From assembly GCA_043228905.1 (NCBI GenBank), contig JBHGNT010000007.1, positions 11,284,001-11,348,000 of the forward strand: DNA of 64,000 nucleotides, given 5' to 3'. The DNA is from Azolla caroliniana (lineage: Eukaryota > Plantae > Polypodiophyta). Position 1 is the first letter of the stretch. Every line of letters starts with the position of its first letter. Shown piece after piece: positions 13,715 to 23,736 of the stretch. Both the position numbers and the translations under genes were made by a program. The notes beneath the pieces are model-generated. The model was not told where the DNA came from. It saw nothing but the letters and a program-made list of their open reading frames with translations, and ran no database searches.

Positions 13715-16700
13715 ATGGAAGGCGGCAGCAGCGGGCAGCCGGGGATGATGGTGCTGAATGCGCAGAACTACGCCGATTGGAAGATCAAGATGGAGGATCT
13801 TCTGATTGTTCGGGACCTGTACGAACCGATTGACAGGTCGGAAATACCGAAAGGGGTACTTGAGTCGGAGTGGAAGCTCCTGAACCGGAAAGCCGTAGCA
13901 ACGATCCGACAATATGTCGATGTAAGCGTCCTACAACACGTGGCGAATGACACCAACGCATACGAGATGTGGAAGAAGCTGTCGGGCCTCTACGAGAGGA
14001 AGAATGCGTTGAACCGGACCTCCCTGATGAGGAAGATAGTGAATCTCAAGTACCGGGACGGCGAGAGTATGGTGGAACACGTAAGCACGTTCATGGGATT
14101 CGTGAACCAGCTTGCGGCGATTAAGTTCCCGTTGGAGGATGCAATGCAAGCCATCATCCTGATGTGTACATTGCCGGAAAGCTGGGAGAACTTGGTGGTG
14201 ACTCTCAGCACCTCGTGCACCGAAGATAACTTGTCCTTACAAACGGTAAAGACAAGTATTTTGAACGAAGAAGCGCGTCGGAGAGATAAAGAACCGGCCT
14301 CCGACACGAAGGCGCTGCTTACCGAATCGGATCGGGGAAGACAATGGAACCGGAGTCCGCAAGGACGGGAGAAGTCGGGGACCCGGTCGCAGTCAAGAGG
14401 AAGGCCTACATGCTTCCACTGTGGGAAGCCGGGGCATTTCCGGAAGAACTGTCGGCATTACCGAAAGGACAACGGAGCCGACGACACCGATTCGAAGAAG
14501 TCACCGGAGCGAAACGGTGCATACCGGGGAGCCACGGACCGGAGAGGTCCGGATCGGCGAGGGCAGGACCGGAAAGGAACGACGGCACTCGCGGCAAGTG
14601 AAGAAGAGATAATGCTCATCACCGAAGAGAGGGAGCTGAACCTTGCCGGTGAAGAGATGACCTGGGTGGTCGATTCCGGAGCGTCGTTCCACCTGACCCC
14701 GGAGAAGAAATACTTCTCATCCTACACAGCCGGTGAGCACGGCTGTGTCCGGATGGGAAATGAAGGAACATGCCGGATTGCCGGCATAGGAGACGTGTGG
14801 CTGATGACATCAACCGGATGCAAAATGCTGCTGAAGGATGTTCGACACGTTCCGGAGGTTCGATTGAACCTGATTTCGGATGGGAGGCTAGACGATGAAG
14901 GCTACACGGGTAGCATCCGGAACGGTGTCATGAAGTTCAGCAAGGGGAGTCTGATAGTGGCTCGGGCCCGGAAAGTCAACACACTGTACCTGATGAATTC
15001 CCGGCTATGTCCGGAGGAGCTGAACGTGGCAGCTGACACTGCCGGTGAGCTGTGGCACAAGAGACTGTGCCACATGAGCGAGAAGGGGATGAAGAGGCTT
15101 GCAGAAGACAACCTCATTCCAGTGAAGCATGTGCACTTGGAGAAGTGCACCGATTGCCTGGCCGGTAAGCAGAACCGAGCCTCCTTCCACTCAAGGCCAC
15201 CGACGAGACGTAGTGCACCATTGGAGTTGGTGCACACTGATGTGTGTCAGGTAGAAACGAAGTCACATGGCGGAGCCCAGTACTTCGTAACATTCATTGA
15301 TGATCACAGCCGGAAGCTGTGGACGGCACCGTTGAAGACAAAGGACCAAGTATTGTCCGTCTTCAAAGAACTCCACGCGAGAGTGGAAAGGGAATCCGGC
15401 AAGGAGCTGAAAGCGATACGAGCGGATAACGGAGGGGAATACCGGGGGCAGTTCCAGGAGTACTGTCGCTCGAAGGGAATCCGGCTCGAGTTTACAGTGC
15501 CGAAGACGCCGGAACTGAACGGGCTGGCCGAGAGGATGAACCGGACCATAATGGAGAGGGTCCGGAGTATGCTGGCGCATGCGAAATTACCCAAGGGGTT
15601 TTGGGCTGAGGCAATGTCGACGGCGACATACGTGATTAACAGATCACCCTCAGTACCTTTGGACGGAGACACGCCGCAGAGAGTGTGGACCGGTAGGGAA
15701 GTGTCCTACCGGCATCTGAAGGTGTTCGGGTGTCTCGCATATGTGCATGTGGCAAAGGACCGGAGAGGAAAGCTAGATCCAAAGACCCGTCCATGCATAT
15801 TCCTCGGTTACGGCGACGACGAGTTCGGCTACCGAGTATGGGACCCGGTCGACAAGAAGATATTCAGGAGTCGTGATATCATCTTCATGGAGGACAAGAC
15901 ACTCGCCGACTGGGAGTCGGAGAAGAAGATGATGAGCTCCAAGTCGACCGGTGAGAATCAACTCTACGAGGAGCAGTCCCGACCGGCAAGGGACCGGTTA
16001 GCACTCGAGGATCCGGCCGAAGACGGTGAAGAAACAGAACCGGCCGAAGAAGATGAATATGATACCGGAACCGGCCCCGATCCCGAAATGGATTCGGATG
16101 AAGAAGAATCGGAAGAACCGGTTACCGAAGCTCCGGAACGGAGATATCCTCTAAGAGAGAGAAGGGCCCCCCGGAGATTTCCGGAACCAGAGCACGTGCT
16201 GCTAACCGACGAGGGGGAGCCGGAGAGCTTTGAAGAAGCGAAGCATGACACCCATAGCCGCAGGTGGTTAAGTGCCATGCAGGAGGAGATGGATTCCCTG
16301 CATGAGAACCACACATATGAACTTGTGGAGTTGCCGAAAGGAAAACGGGCACTCCGTAACAAGTGGGTGTTCAAGCTGAAACCGGGAGATGCCGGAAACC
16401 CCCCAAGATACAAAGCCAGGATCGTGGTGAAGGGGTTCCAGCAGAAGAAGGGCGTCGACTTCGACGAGATATTTGCCCCGGTAGTGAAGATGACCTCCAT
16501 CCGGACGGTGCTGAGCATAGCGGCAAGCATGGACCTCGAGGTAGAACAGATGGACGTGAAGACGGCATTCCTTCACGGTGACCTCGAAGAAGAGATCTAC
16601 ATGCAGCAACCGGAAGGATTCGAGAAGAAAGAGAAGGAGCACCTGGTATGCCGGTTGAAGAAGAGCCTTTACGGACTGAAGCAGGCTCCCCGGCAATGGT

Positions 16701-17788
16701 ACCGGAAGTTCGACTCCTTCATGACCGAAGAAGGGTACTACAAAACGCAGTCCGACCACTGCGTGTTTGTGAAGAAGTTCGAAGGAGGAAACTTTCTAAT
16801 ACTCCTCCTGTACGTGGACGACATGTTGATCGTCGGACGGGACCAGGTCAAGATACGGATGCTGAAGAAGGCTCTTCACCGAACCTTCTCAATGAAGGAC
16901 CTGGGTCCGGCGAGACAAATACTAGGGATGCACATCATCCGGGACCGGAAGAAGAAGCAGTTGTGGCTGTCACAGGAGAAGTACGTGACAAAGGTGCTTC
17001 AACGGTTCAACATGTCGGAAGCAAGACCGGTCGGGTCAACACTCCCGGCGAACTGCAAGTTGTCCAGCAAGCAAAGCCCCAAGACAAAGGCTGAGAAAGA
17101 GGACATGATGAAAGTACCATATGCCTCTGCCGTCGGAAGCTTGATGTACGCAATGGTGTGTACAAGACCGGACATAGGATACGCAGTCGGAGTGGTGAGC
17201 CGGTACATGAGCAATCCCGGCAAAGAGCATTGGAACGCGATCAAGTGGATACTCCGATACCTGAAAGGCACAGCGAATATGTGCCTCCGATTCGGCTCCG
17301 GTAAACCCGAACTCGACGGCTTCACCGATTCGGATATGTCGGCTGATGCAGATACCAGCCGGTCCACATCAGGGTATGTGATGACTTATGCAGGGGGAGC
17401 TGTTTCGTGGCAGTCGAGGCTGCAGAAGACGGTTGCGTTGTCAACCACGGAGGCGGAGTACATGGCGGCTGTTGAAGCCGGCAAGGAAATAATATGGATG
17501 AAGGACTTCATTAGAGAGCTCGGTATCCGGCAGGAGGAGTACCGACTCTACTGCGACAGTCAGAGTGCCATCCACCTTGCGAAGAACGCGGCCTATCACT
17601 CCCGGACGAAGCACATCCAGCGAAGATATCACTGGATCCGGGAAAGGATAGAAGACCAGGAGTTCGTGTTGACGAAGATCCACACGGACGAAAACGGGTC
17701 AGATATGCTGACCAAAGTGCTCACACCCGACAAGCTAGAAGCATGCCGGAAGAGGATCGGATTGGAGAGACATCCCATGCCGAAGTGA
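13715..17788 (+). CDS. Complete Gag-Pol polyprotein (1357 aa) of element D
   Basis: Single ORF with zinc knuckle, WVVDSGAS protease, HHCC and D,D35E integrase (HTDV, RADNGGEY, NGLAERMN), YVDD RT, and RNaseH (TDSD, TEAEY, CDSQSA). Confidence 0.97.
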   Translation: MEGGSSGQPGMMVLNAQNYADWKIKMEDLLIVRDLYEPIDRSEIPKGVLESEWKLLNRKAVATIRQYVDVSVLQHVANDTNAYEMWKKLSGLYERKNALNRTSLMRKIVNLKYRDGESMVEHVSTFMGFVNQLAAIKFPLEDAMQAIILMCTLPESWENLVVTLSTSCTEDNLSLQTVKTSILNEEARRRDKEPASDTKALLTESDRGRQWNRSPQGREKSGTRSQSRGRPTCFHCGKPGHFRKNCRHYRKDNGADDTDSKKSPERNGAYRGATDRRGPDRRGQDRKGTTALAASEEEIMLITEERELNLAGEEMTWVVDSGASFHLTPEKKYFSSYTAGEHGCVRMGNEGTCRIAGIGDVWLMTSTGCKMLLKDVRHVPEVRLNLISDGRLDDEGYTGSIRNGVMKFSKGSLIVARARKVNTLYLMNSRLCPEELNVAADTAGELWHKRLCHMSEKGMKRLAEDNLIPVKHVHLEKCTDCLAGKQNRASFHSRPPTRRSAPLELVHTDVCQVETKSHGGAQYFVTFIDDHSRKLWTAPLKTKDQVLSVFKELHARVERESGKELKAIRADNGGEYRGQFQEYCRSKGIRLEFTVPKTPELNGLAERMNRTIMERVRSMLAHAKLPKGFWAEAMSTATYVINRSPSVPLDGDTPQRVWTGREVSYRHLKVFGCLAYVHVAKDRRGKLDPKTRPCIFLGYGDDEFGYRVWDPVDKKIFRSRDIIFMEDKTLADWESEKKMMSSKSTGENQLYEEQSRPARDRLALEDPAEDGEETEPAEEDEYDTGTGPDPEMDSDEEESEEPVTEAPERRYPLRERRAPRRFPEPEHVLLTDEGEPESFEEAKHDTHSRRWLSAMQEEMDSLHENHTYELVELPKGKRALRNKWVFKLKPGDAGNPPRYKARIVVKGFQQKKGVDFDEIFAPVVKMTSIRTVLSIAASMDLEVEQMDVKTAFLHGDLEEEIYMQQPEGFEKKEKEHLVCRLKKSLYGLKQAPRQWYRKFDSFMTEEGYYKTQSDHCVFVKKFEGGNFLILLLYVDDMLIVGRDQVKIRMLKKALHRTFSMKDLGPARQILGMHIIRDRKKKQLWLSQEKYVTKVLQRFNMSEARPVGSTLPANCKLSSKQSPKTKAEKEDMMKVPYASAVGSLMYAMVCTRPDIGYAVGVVSRYMSNPGKEHWNAIKWILRYLKGTANMCLRFGSGKPELDGFTDSDMSADADTSRSTSGYVMTYAGGAVSWQSRLQKTVALSTTEAEYMAAVEAGKEIIWMKDFIRELGIRQEEYRLYCDSQSAIHLAKNAAYHSRTKHIQRRYHWIRERIEDQEFVLTKIHTDENGSDMLTKVLTPDKLEACRKRIGLERHPMPK

Positions 17789-18199
17789 AGGGGGAGTTTG
17801 TTGGGATTTCGGTCCCTCCGGATGGGATGTCCCCGGAGATAAATGACGGCAAGCCCGGTTGCGGTTACGGAACCGGATGATGAATAGTACCCGGCATGAA
17901 GCCGGATGAAGAGACCCCGGTTACGGAGCCGGATGACGAAGACCCGGTTACGGAGCCGGATGACGAAGACCCGGTTACGGAGCCGGATGACGAAGACCCG
18001 GCTACGGAGCCGGATGATGAGTGTACCCGGAGAGAGATCCGGATGCGGGGACATATTTGTGAATATGTTTGCCAAGAGCCCTTGAGGCTATATTTGTAAA
18101 TAGCCCGAAAGTCATATGTGTATAAATATGACTTAGGGCAAACAGTTTCTGTTGTTGCTCATTTTTCATGTTCTAGTCGAGCGAACGAAGTGAGAGCAG

Positions 18200-18234
<35 letters not shown>

Positions 18235-18508
18235 GAAGAGGTCGACGCCTCTGTGTAATACCGCCGCCTGTGGCGAGGACAGCGAGCTCAAGGTCGTTGC
18301 CTTGCAGCTCGCCATTGTATATTTCTCTGTGCATAGTTTGGTTTGGAGTCTCGCACTCCCGTGGTTTTTCCCGTATAGGGTTTTCCACGTTAATCCCTGT
18401 GTATCGCGTCTTTCTCTGTATTTCCTATTTTCTGCTGCATTGATCCGTGATTACTCGGTTGTGGCCGAGCGGAGAAGGTGAATCAAACCGGTGATTCCCC
18501 ACACAACG

Positions 18509-21500
18509 GAGCCGACGACACCGATTCGAAGAAGTCTTCGGATCGGAACGGTGCTTACCGGGGAGCCACGGACCGGAATGGTTCGGATCGGCGAGGGCAG
18601 GACCGGAAAGGAACGACGGCACTCACGGCAAGTGAGGAAGAAATCATGCTCATCACCGAAGAAGGTGAACTAAACATTGCCGGCGATGAGACGACCTGGG
18701 TGGTTGATTCTAGAGCATCGTTCCACCTGACCCCGGAGAGAAGATACTTCTCATCCTACACAGTCGGTGAGCATGGCTGTGTTCGGATGGGAAATGAAGG
18801 TACGTGCCGGATTGCCGGCATAGGAGACGTGTGGTTGACAACCTCGACCGGATGCAAAATGCTGCTGAAGGATGTCCGACACGTTCCGGAGGTTCGATTG
18901 AACCTGATTTCGGCCGGGAGGCTAGACGATGAAGGCTACACAGGTAGCATCCGGAACGGCGTAATGAAGTTCAGCAAGGGGAGCCTGATAGTGGCTCGGG
19001 CCCGGAAAGTCAACACACTGTACCTGATGAATGCCCGGTTGTGTCCAGAAGAGTTGAACGTGGCAGCCGACACTGCCGGTGAGCTGTGGCACAAGAGACT
19101 GTGCCACATGAGTGAGAAGGGGATGAAGAGGCTTGCAGAAGACAACCTCATTCCAGTGAAGCATGTGCACCTGGAGAAGTTCACCGATTGCCTGGCCGGT
19201 AAGCAGAACTGAACCTCCTTCCACTCAAGGCCACCGACGAGACGTAGTGCACCATTGTAGTTGGTGCACACTGATGTGTGTCAAGTGGAAACGAAGTCAC
19301 ATGGCGGAGCCCAGTACTTCGTGACATTCATTGATGACCACAGCCGGAAGCTGTGGACGGCACCGTTGAAGACAAAGGACCAAGTGTTGACCGCCTTCAA
19401 AGACCTCCACGTGAGAGTGGAAAGGGAATCCGGCAAGAAGCTGAAAGCGATACGAGCGGATAACGGAGGGGAATACCGGGGGCAGTTCCAGGAGTACTGT
19501 CGCTCGAAGGGAATCCGGCTCGAGTTTACTGTGCCGAAGACGCCGGAACTGAACGGGCTGGCCGAGAGGATGAACCGGACCATAATGGAGAGGGTCCGGA
19601 GTATGCTGGCGCATGCGAAATTACCCAAGGGGTTTTGGGCTGAGGCAATGTCGACGGCGACATACGTGATAAACAGATCACCCTCAGTACCTTTGGACGG
19701 AGACACGCCGCAGAGAGTGTGGACCGGTAAGGAAGTGTCCTACCGGCATCTGAAGGTGTTCGGGTGTCTCGCATACGTGCATGTGGCAAAGGACCGGAGA
19801 GGAAAGTTAGATCCAAAGACCCGGCCATGCATATTCCTCGGTTACGGCGACGACGAGTTCGGCTACCGAGTATGGGACCCGGTCGACAAGAAGATATTCA
19901 GGAGTCGAGATATCATCTTCATGGAGGACAAGACACTCGCCGACTGGGAGTCGGAGAAGAAGATGAAGAGCTCCAAGTCGACCGGTGAGGATAAACTCTA
20001 CGAGGAGCAGTCCCGACCGGCAAGGGACCGGTTAGCACTCGAGGATCCGGCCGAAGACGGTGAAGAAACAGAACCGGCCGAGGAAGATGAAACTGATACC
20101 GGAACCGGCCCCGATCCCGAAATGGATTCGGATGAAGAAGAATCGGAAGAACCGGTTACCGAAGCTCCGGAACGGAGATATCCTCTAAGAGAGAGAAGGG
20201 CCCCCCGGAGATTTCCGGAACCAGAGCACGTGCTGCTAACCGACGAGGGGGAGCCGGAGAGCTTTGAAGAAGCAAAGCATGACACCCAGAGCCGCAGGTG
20301 GTTGAGTGCCATGCAGGACGAGATGGATTCCCTGCATGAGAACCACACATATGAACTTGTGGAGTTGCCGAAAGGAAAGCGGGCACTTCGAAACAAGTGG
20401 GTGTTCAAGCTGAAACCGGGAGATGCCGGAAACCCCCCGAGATACAAAGCCAGGATCGTGGTGAAGGGGATTCAGCAGAAGAAGGGCGTCGACTTCGACG
20501 AGATATTTGCCCCGGTAGTGAAGATGACCTCCATCCGGACGGTGCTGAGCATAGCGGCAAGCATGGACCTCGAGGTAGAACAGATGGACGTGAAGACGGC
20601 ATTCCTTCACGGTGACCTCGAAGAAGAGATCTACATGCAGCAACCGGAAGGATTCGAGAAGAAAGGGAAGGAGCACCTGGTATGCCGGTTGAAGAAGAGC
20701 CTTTACGGACTGAAGCAGGCTCCCCGGCAGTGGTACCGGAAGTTCGACTCCTTCATGACCGACGAAGGGTACCACAAAACGCAGTCCGATCACTGCGTGT
20801 TTGTGAAGAAGTTCGAAGGAGGAGACTTTCTAATACTCCTCCTGTACGTGGACGACATGTTGATCGTCGGACGGGACCAGGTCAAGATACGGATGCTGAA
20901 GAAGGCTCTCCACCGAACCTTCTCAATGAAGGACCTGGGTCCGGCGAGGCAAATACTAGGGATGCACATCATCCGGAACCGGAAGAAGAAGCAGTTGTGG
21001 CTGTCACAGGAGAAGTACGTGACAAAGGTGCTTCACCGGTTCAACATGTCGGAAGCAAGACCGGTCGGATCGACCCTCCCGGCAAACTGCAAGCTGTCCA
21101 GCAAGCAAAGCCCCAAGACAAAGGCTGAGAAGGAGGACATGATGAAAGTACCATATGCCTCTGCTGTCGGGAGCTTGATGTACGCAATGGTGTGTACCCG
21201 ACCGGACATAGGATATGCAGTCGGAGTGGTGAGCCGGTACATGAGCAATCCCGGCAAAGAGCACTGGAACGCGGTCAAGTGGATACTCAGATACCTGAAG
21301 GGCACGGCAAACGTGTGCCTCCGATTCGGCTCCGGTAAACCCGAACTCGACGGCTTCACCGATTCGGATATGTCGGCTGATGCAGATACCAGCCGGTCCA
21401 CATCAGGGTATGTGATGACGTATGCAGGGGGAGCTGTTTCCTGGCAGTCGAGGCTGCAGAAGACGGTTGCGTTGTCAACCACGGAGGCGGAGTACATGGC

Positions 21501-21822
21501 AGCTGTTGAAGCCGGCAAGGAAATAATATGGATGAAGGACTTCATTAGAGAGCTCGGTATCCGGCAGGAGGAGTACCGACTCTACTGCGACAGTCAGAGT
21601 GCAATCCACCTTGCGAAGAACGCAGCCTATCACTCCCGGACGAAGCACATCCAGCGAAGATATCACTGGATCCGGGAAAGGATAGAAGACAAGGAGTTCG
21701 TGCTGACGAAGATCCACACGGACGAGAACGGGTCGGATATGCTGACCAAGGTGCTCACACCCGACAAGCTGGAAGCATGCCGGAAGAGGATCGGATTGGA
21801 AAGACATCCCATACTGAAGTGA
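18509..21822 (+). pseudogene. pol of element C (PR-INT-RT-RH), with two premature stops
   Basis: Near-identical to D; TGA at 19210-19212, TAG at 19258-19260; protease DSG changed to DSR. Confidence 0.95.
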
Positions 21823-23489
21823 AGGGGGAGTTTGTTGGGATTACGGTCCCTTCGGATGGGATGGTCGGATGTCGGAGATGAATGCCGACGAGCCCGGTTT
21901 CGGTTTCGGAACCGGATGATGAAGACCCCGGCTTCGGAGCCGGATGACGAATGTACCCGGAGAGAGATCCGGATGCGGGGACATATCCGTGAATATGTTT
22001 GCTAAGGGCCCTTGAGGCTATAGTTGTAAATAGCCCTAAAGTCATATGTGTATAAATATGACTTAGGGCAAACAGTTTTATGTTGCTACTCATTTTTCTG
22101 TTTTTCCACTCAAGAGGAGTGAAGAGAGAGCAGCCGTGAGAGAGAGATAGAGCGTGAGAGAGGAAGAGGTCGACGCCTCTGTGTATTTCCGCCGCCTGTG
22201 GCGAGGACAGCGAGCTCAAGGTCGTCGCCTTGCAGCTCGCCATTGTATACTTCTCTGTGCATAGTTTTGGTTCGGAGTCTTGTACTCCCGTGGTTTTTCC
22301 CGTATAGGGTTTTCCACGTTAATCCCTGTGTTATCGTGTCTTTCTCTGTATTTCCCATTTTCTGCAACAACGATTCGTGTGTTTCCTTGGTTGTGGCCGA
22401 GAGGTGAAGGTGAATCGGAGCGTCGATTCTCAACAGTATGTACAGATTGAGTATTACTTTGAATTGAATCTCTGTGTGTCTTATCTCTCTCTGTCTCTCC
22501 CGCGTATTGTGTATATTCTAAGCTCTCCATTGAACCTGCGTTTTTGTGTTAACGCAAGTTCAATGGAGAGCTTAGAATATACACAGTACGTGGGAGAGTC
22601 AGAGAGAGAAAGAGCACACAGAAACTCAATTCAAAATATTACTCAATCTGTACATCGTATGTGTTCAGTGAACAGTTTTATACAAGTCCATACAGACTAA
22701 CAGAAGTACGGTGTACTTCAATGCTCACACAAGTGTCTGACACTAACTACGAGACATTTAACTACCTAGTAGCCTAGGCTGTTATTAAGCTTCCGGTTAC
22801 TGCTGGATCCGGCTAACCGGCTCCCCAGCTCACCGACTCACTTGCTCACTAGCTCACCGATCCGGCTCATCCTTCTAGATGCCGATCCGGCTCAGGCTTA
22901 TTTAACCAATCCGGATTCGGTTGAGCTTGCCACTCAACAATCTACATTGCCGAACTTGAGGGAGAGTACATGTACGAACTTGAGGGGGAGTACAGGCGAC
23001 ATGGAAGCAATACACAACGAGTACACAACACAACCGACTACACAAGTCGAAGTACGAACCGAACAACCTTCTTGATAGATAGAAGTTGTGCTCGAAGGGG
23101 CGTGTTGAGAGTCGAACACAACTTCCCTTAGATAGGTTTCACACTAGCTCATGGACATGTTGGGCTAGTTTTGTAAATAATACAAAGGGCACTTGCCCTA
23201 GCTTAGTTGGTATATAAACCAACACATTGTAACTTAGTTGTTGTTGGATGTTTTATGTTTTGATATAATTTTGGTTAATATACGGTTTGTCCATTTCTGC
23301 GTAAGAGCTCTCTCTCTCTCTCTATCTTGACACACACACACACACACACTCATCTTCCGTTGCATTACAACCACTCTTGTCTCCTCATTTCTTTACACTT
23401 GTAAACCTTGCTCTCGTTGTTAATACATTATCAAATTCTTCTTACCCCTCTCATTTCTCTCATATATTTCGCTTCTCATTCTCTTCTTC

Positions 23490-23736
23490 ATTTTAAAACG
23501 ATCACGTCTGAACATATATTTCGCTATTTACAAATATGACCTCAATGGTCACGTCTAAACATATTTACAAATATGTTCCTAATTGTTGGTTCATACTAGA
23601 TCCGACCGGACTCGTTCCGGATCTATTCGATCCAGTATCCGGATACCTTTTGAATCCATCTGGTTCGGTTCCTCCTTTCGTCTCGTCTTATTCGGTTCTC
23701 ATCCAGATCCCATCCGGAGGGACCTGTTTCTCAACA
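23490..23736 (-). repeat. Partial Tork-type LTR (U3 end) inserted in a gypsy gag
   Basis: Homologous to ~46220-46434 and to the C/D LTR U3; ends TCTCAACA at 23736, where the gag frame is interrupted. Confidence 0.75.

Larger units (their letters stand above)
12954..18503 (+). mobile_element. Intact Tnt1/Tork-like Ty1/copia element D nested in the gag of C; LTRs 12954-13683 (730 bp) and 17799-18503 (705 bp)
   Basis: TSD CAACG at 12949-12953 and 18504-18508; PBS at 13687; PPT before 17799; uninterrupted gag-pol. Confidence 0.98.
11561..22435 (+). mobile_element. Tnt1/Tork-like Ty1/copia element C, inserted in the 3' LTR of B; LTRs 11561-12163 and 21833-22435 (603 bp)
   Basis: TSD GTATG at 11556-11560 and 22436-22440; one substitution seen between the LTRs; PBS TGGTATCAGAGC at 12167; PPT GAAGGGGGAG before 21833. 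Confidence 0.97.
5998..22550 (+). mobile_element. Ty1/copia element B (same family group as A), inserted in the 5' LTR of A; 5' LTR 5998-6400, 3' LTR 11305-11560 plus 22441-22550 (end deleted)
   Basis: TGTTGAGA...TTTTACA LTR, PBS TGGTATTAGAGC at 6401, PPT TTGAGGGGGAC before 11305; 3' LTR resumes after the GTATG duplication. Confidence 0.92.
766..22939 (-). mobile_element. Ty1/copia element A, degenerate; internal region 1198-5974; 5' LTR split into 5975-5997 and 22551-22939
   Basis: TSD ATCTA at 761-765 and 22940-22944; LTR 766-1197 matches 22551-22939; PPT at 1198-1209; tRNA-iMet PBS (TGGTATCAGAG on minus) ending at 5974; gag-PR-INT-RT-RH order with stops and frameshifts. Confidence 0.93.
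1..23369 (+). mobile_element. Degenerate Ty1/copia element O (outermost recognisable host): RT/RNaseH remnant 1-765, resumes at 22945, 3' LTR ~23103-23369
   Basis: GYTDADWA, KKQPTVALS and TKHIEVHYHFIRE motifs in 1-765; the frame GLMTS|TLPNLR rejoins across the ATCTA duplication; PPT-like GAAGGGGCG precedes TGTTGAGA at 23103; LTR homologous to 44274-44512. Confidence 0.85.

Noticed and set aside
18478-19212. In-frame fusion of the D 3' LTR end to the C protease
   Set aside because: GTG start, mutated protease active site and an early stop; unlikely to be functional
14000-22000. Numerous antisense and alternate-frame ORFs over C and D
   Set aside because: Expected shadow ORFs of GC-rich coding sequence; no independent motifs
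11561-22435. C and D as an assembly duplication
   Set aside because: Distinct LTR variants, many substitutions between the coding regions, and separate perfect TSDs
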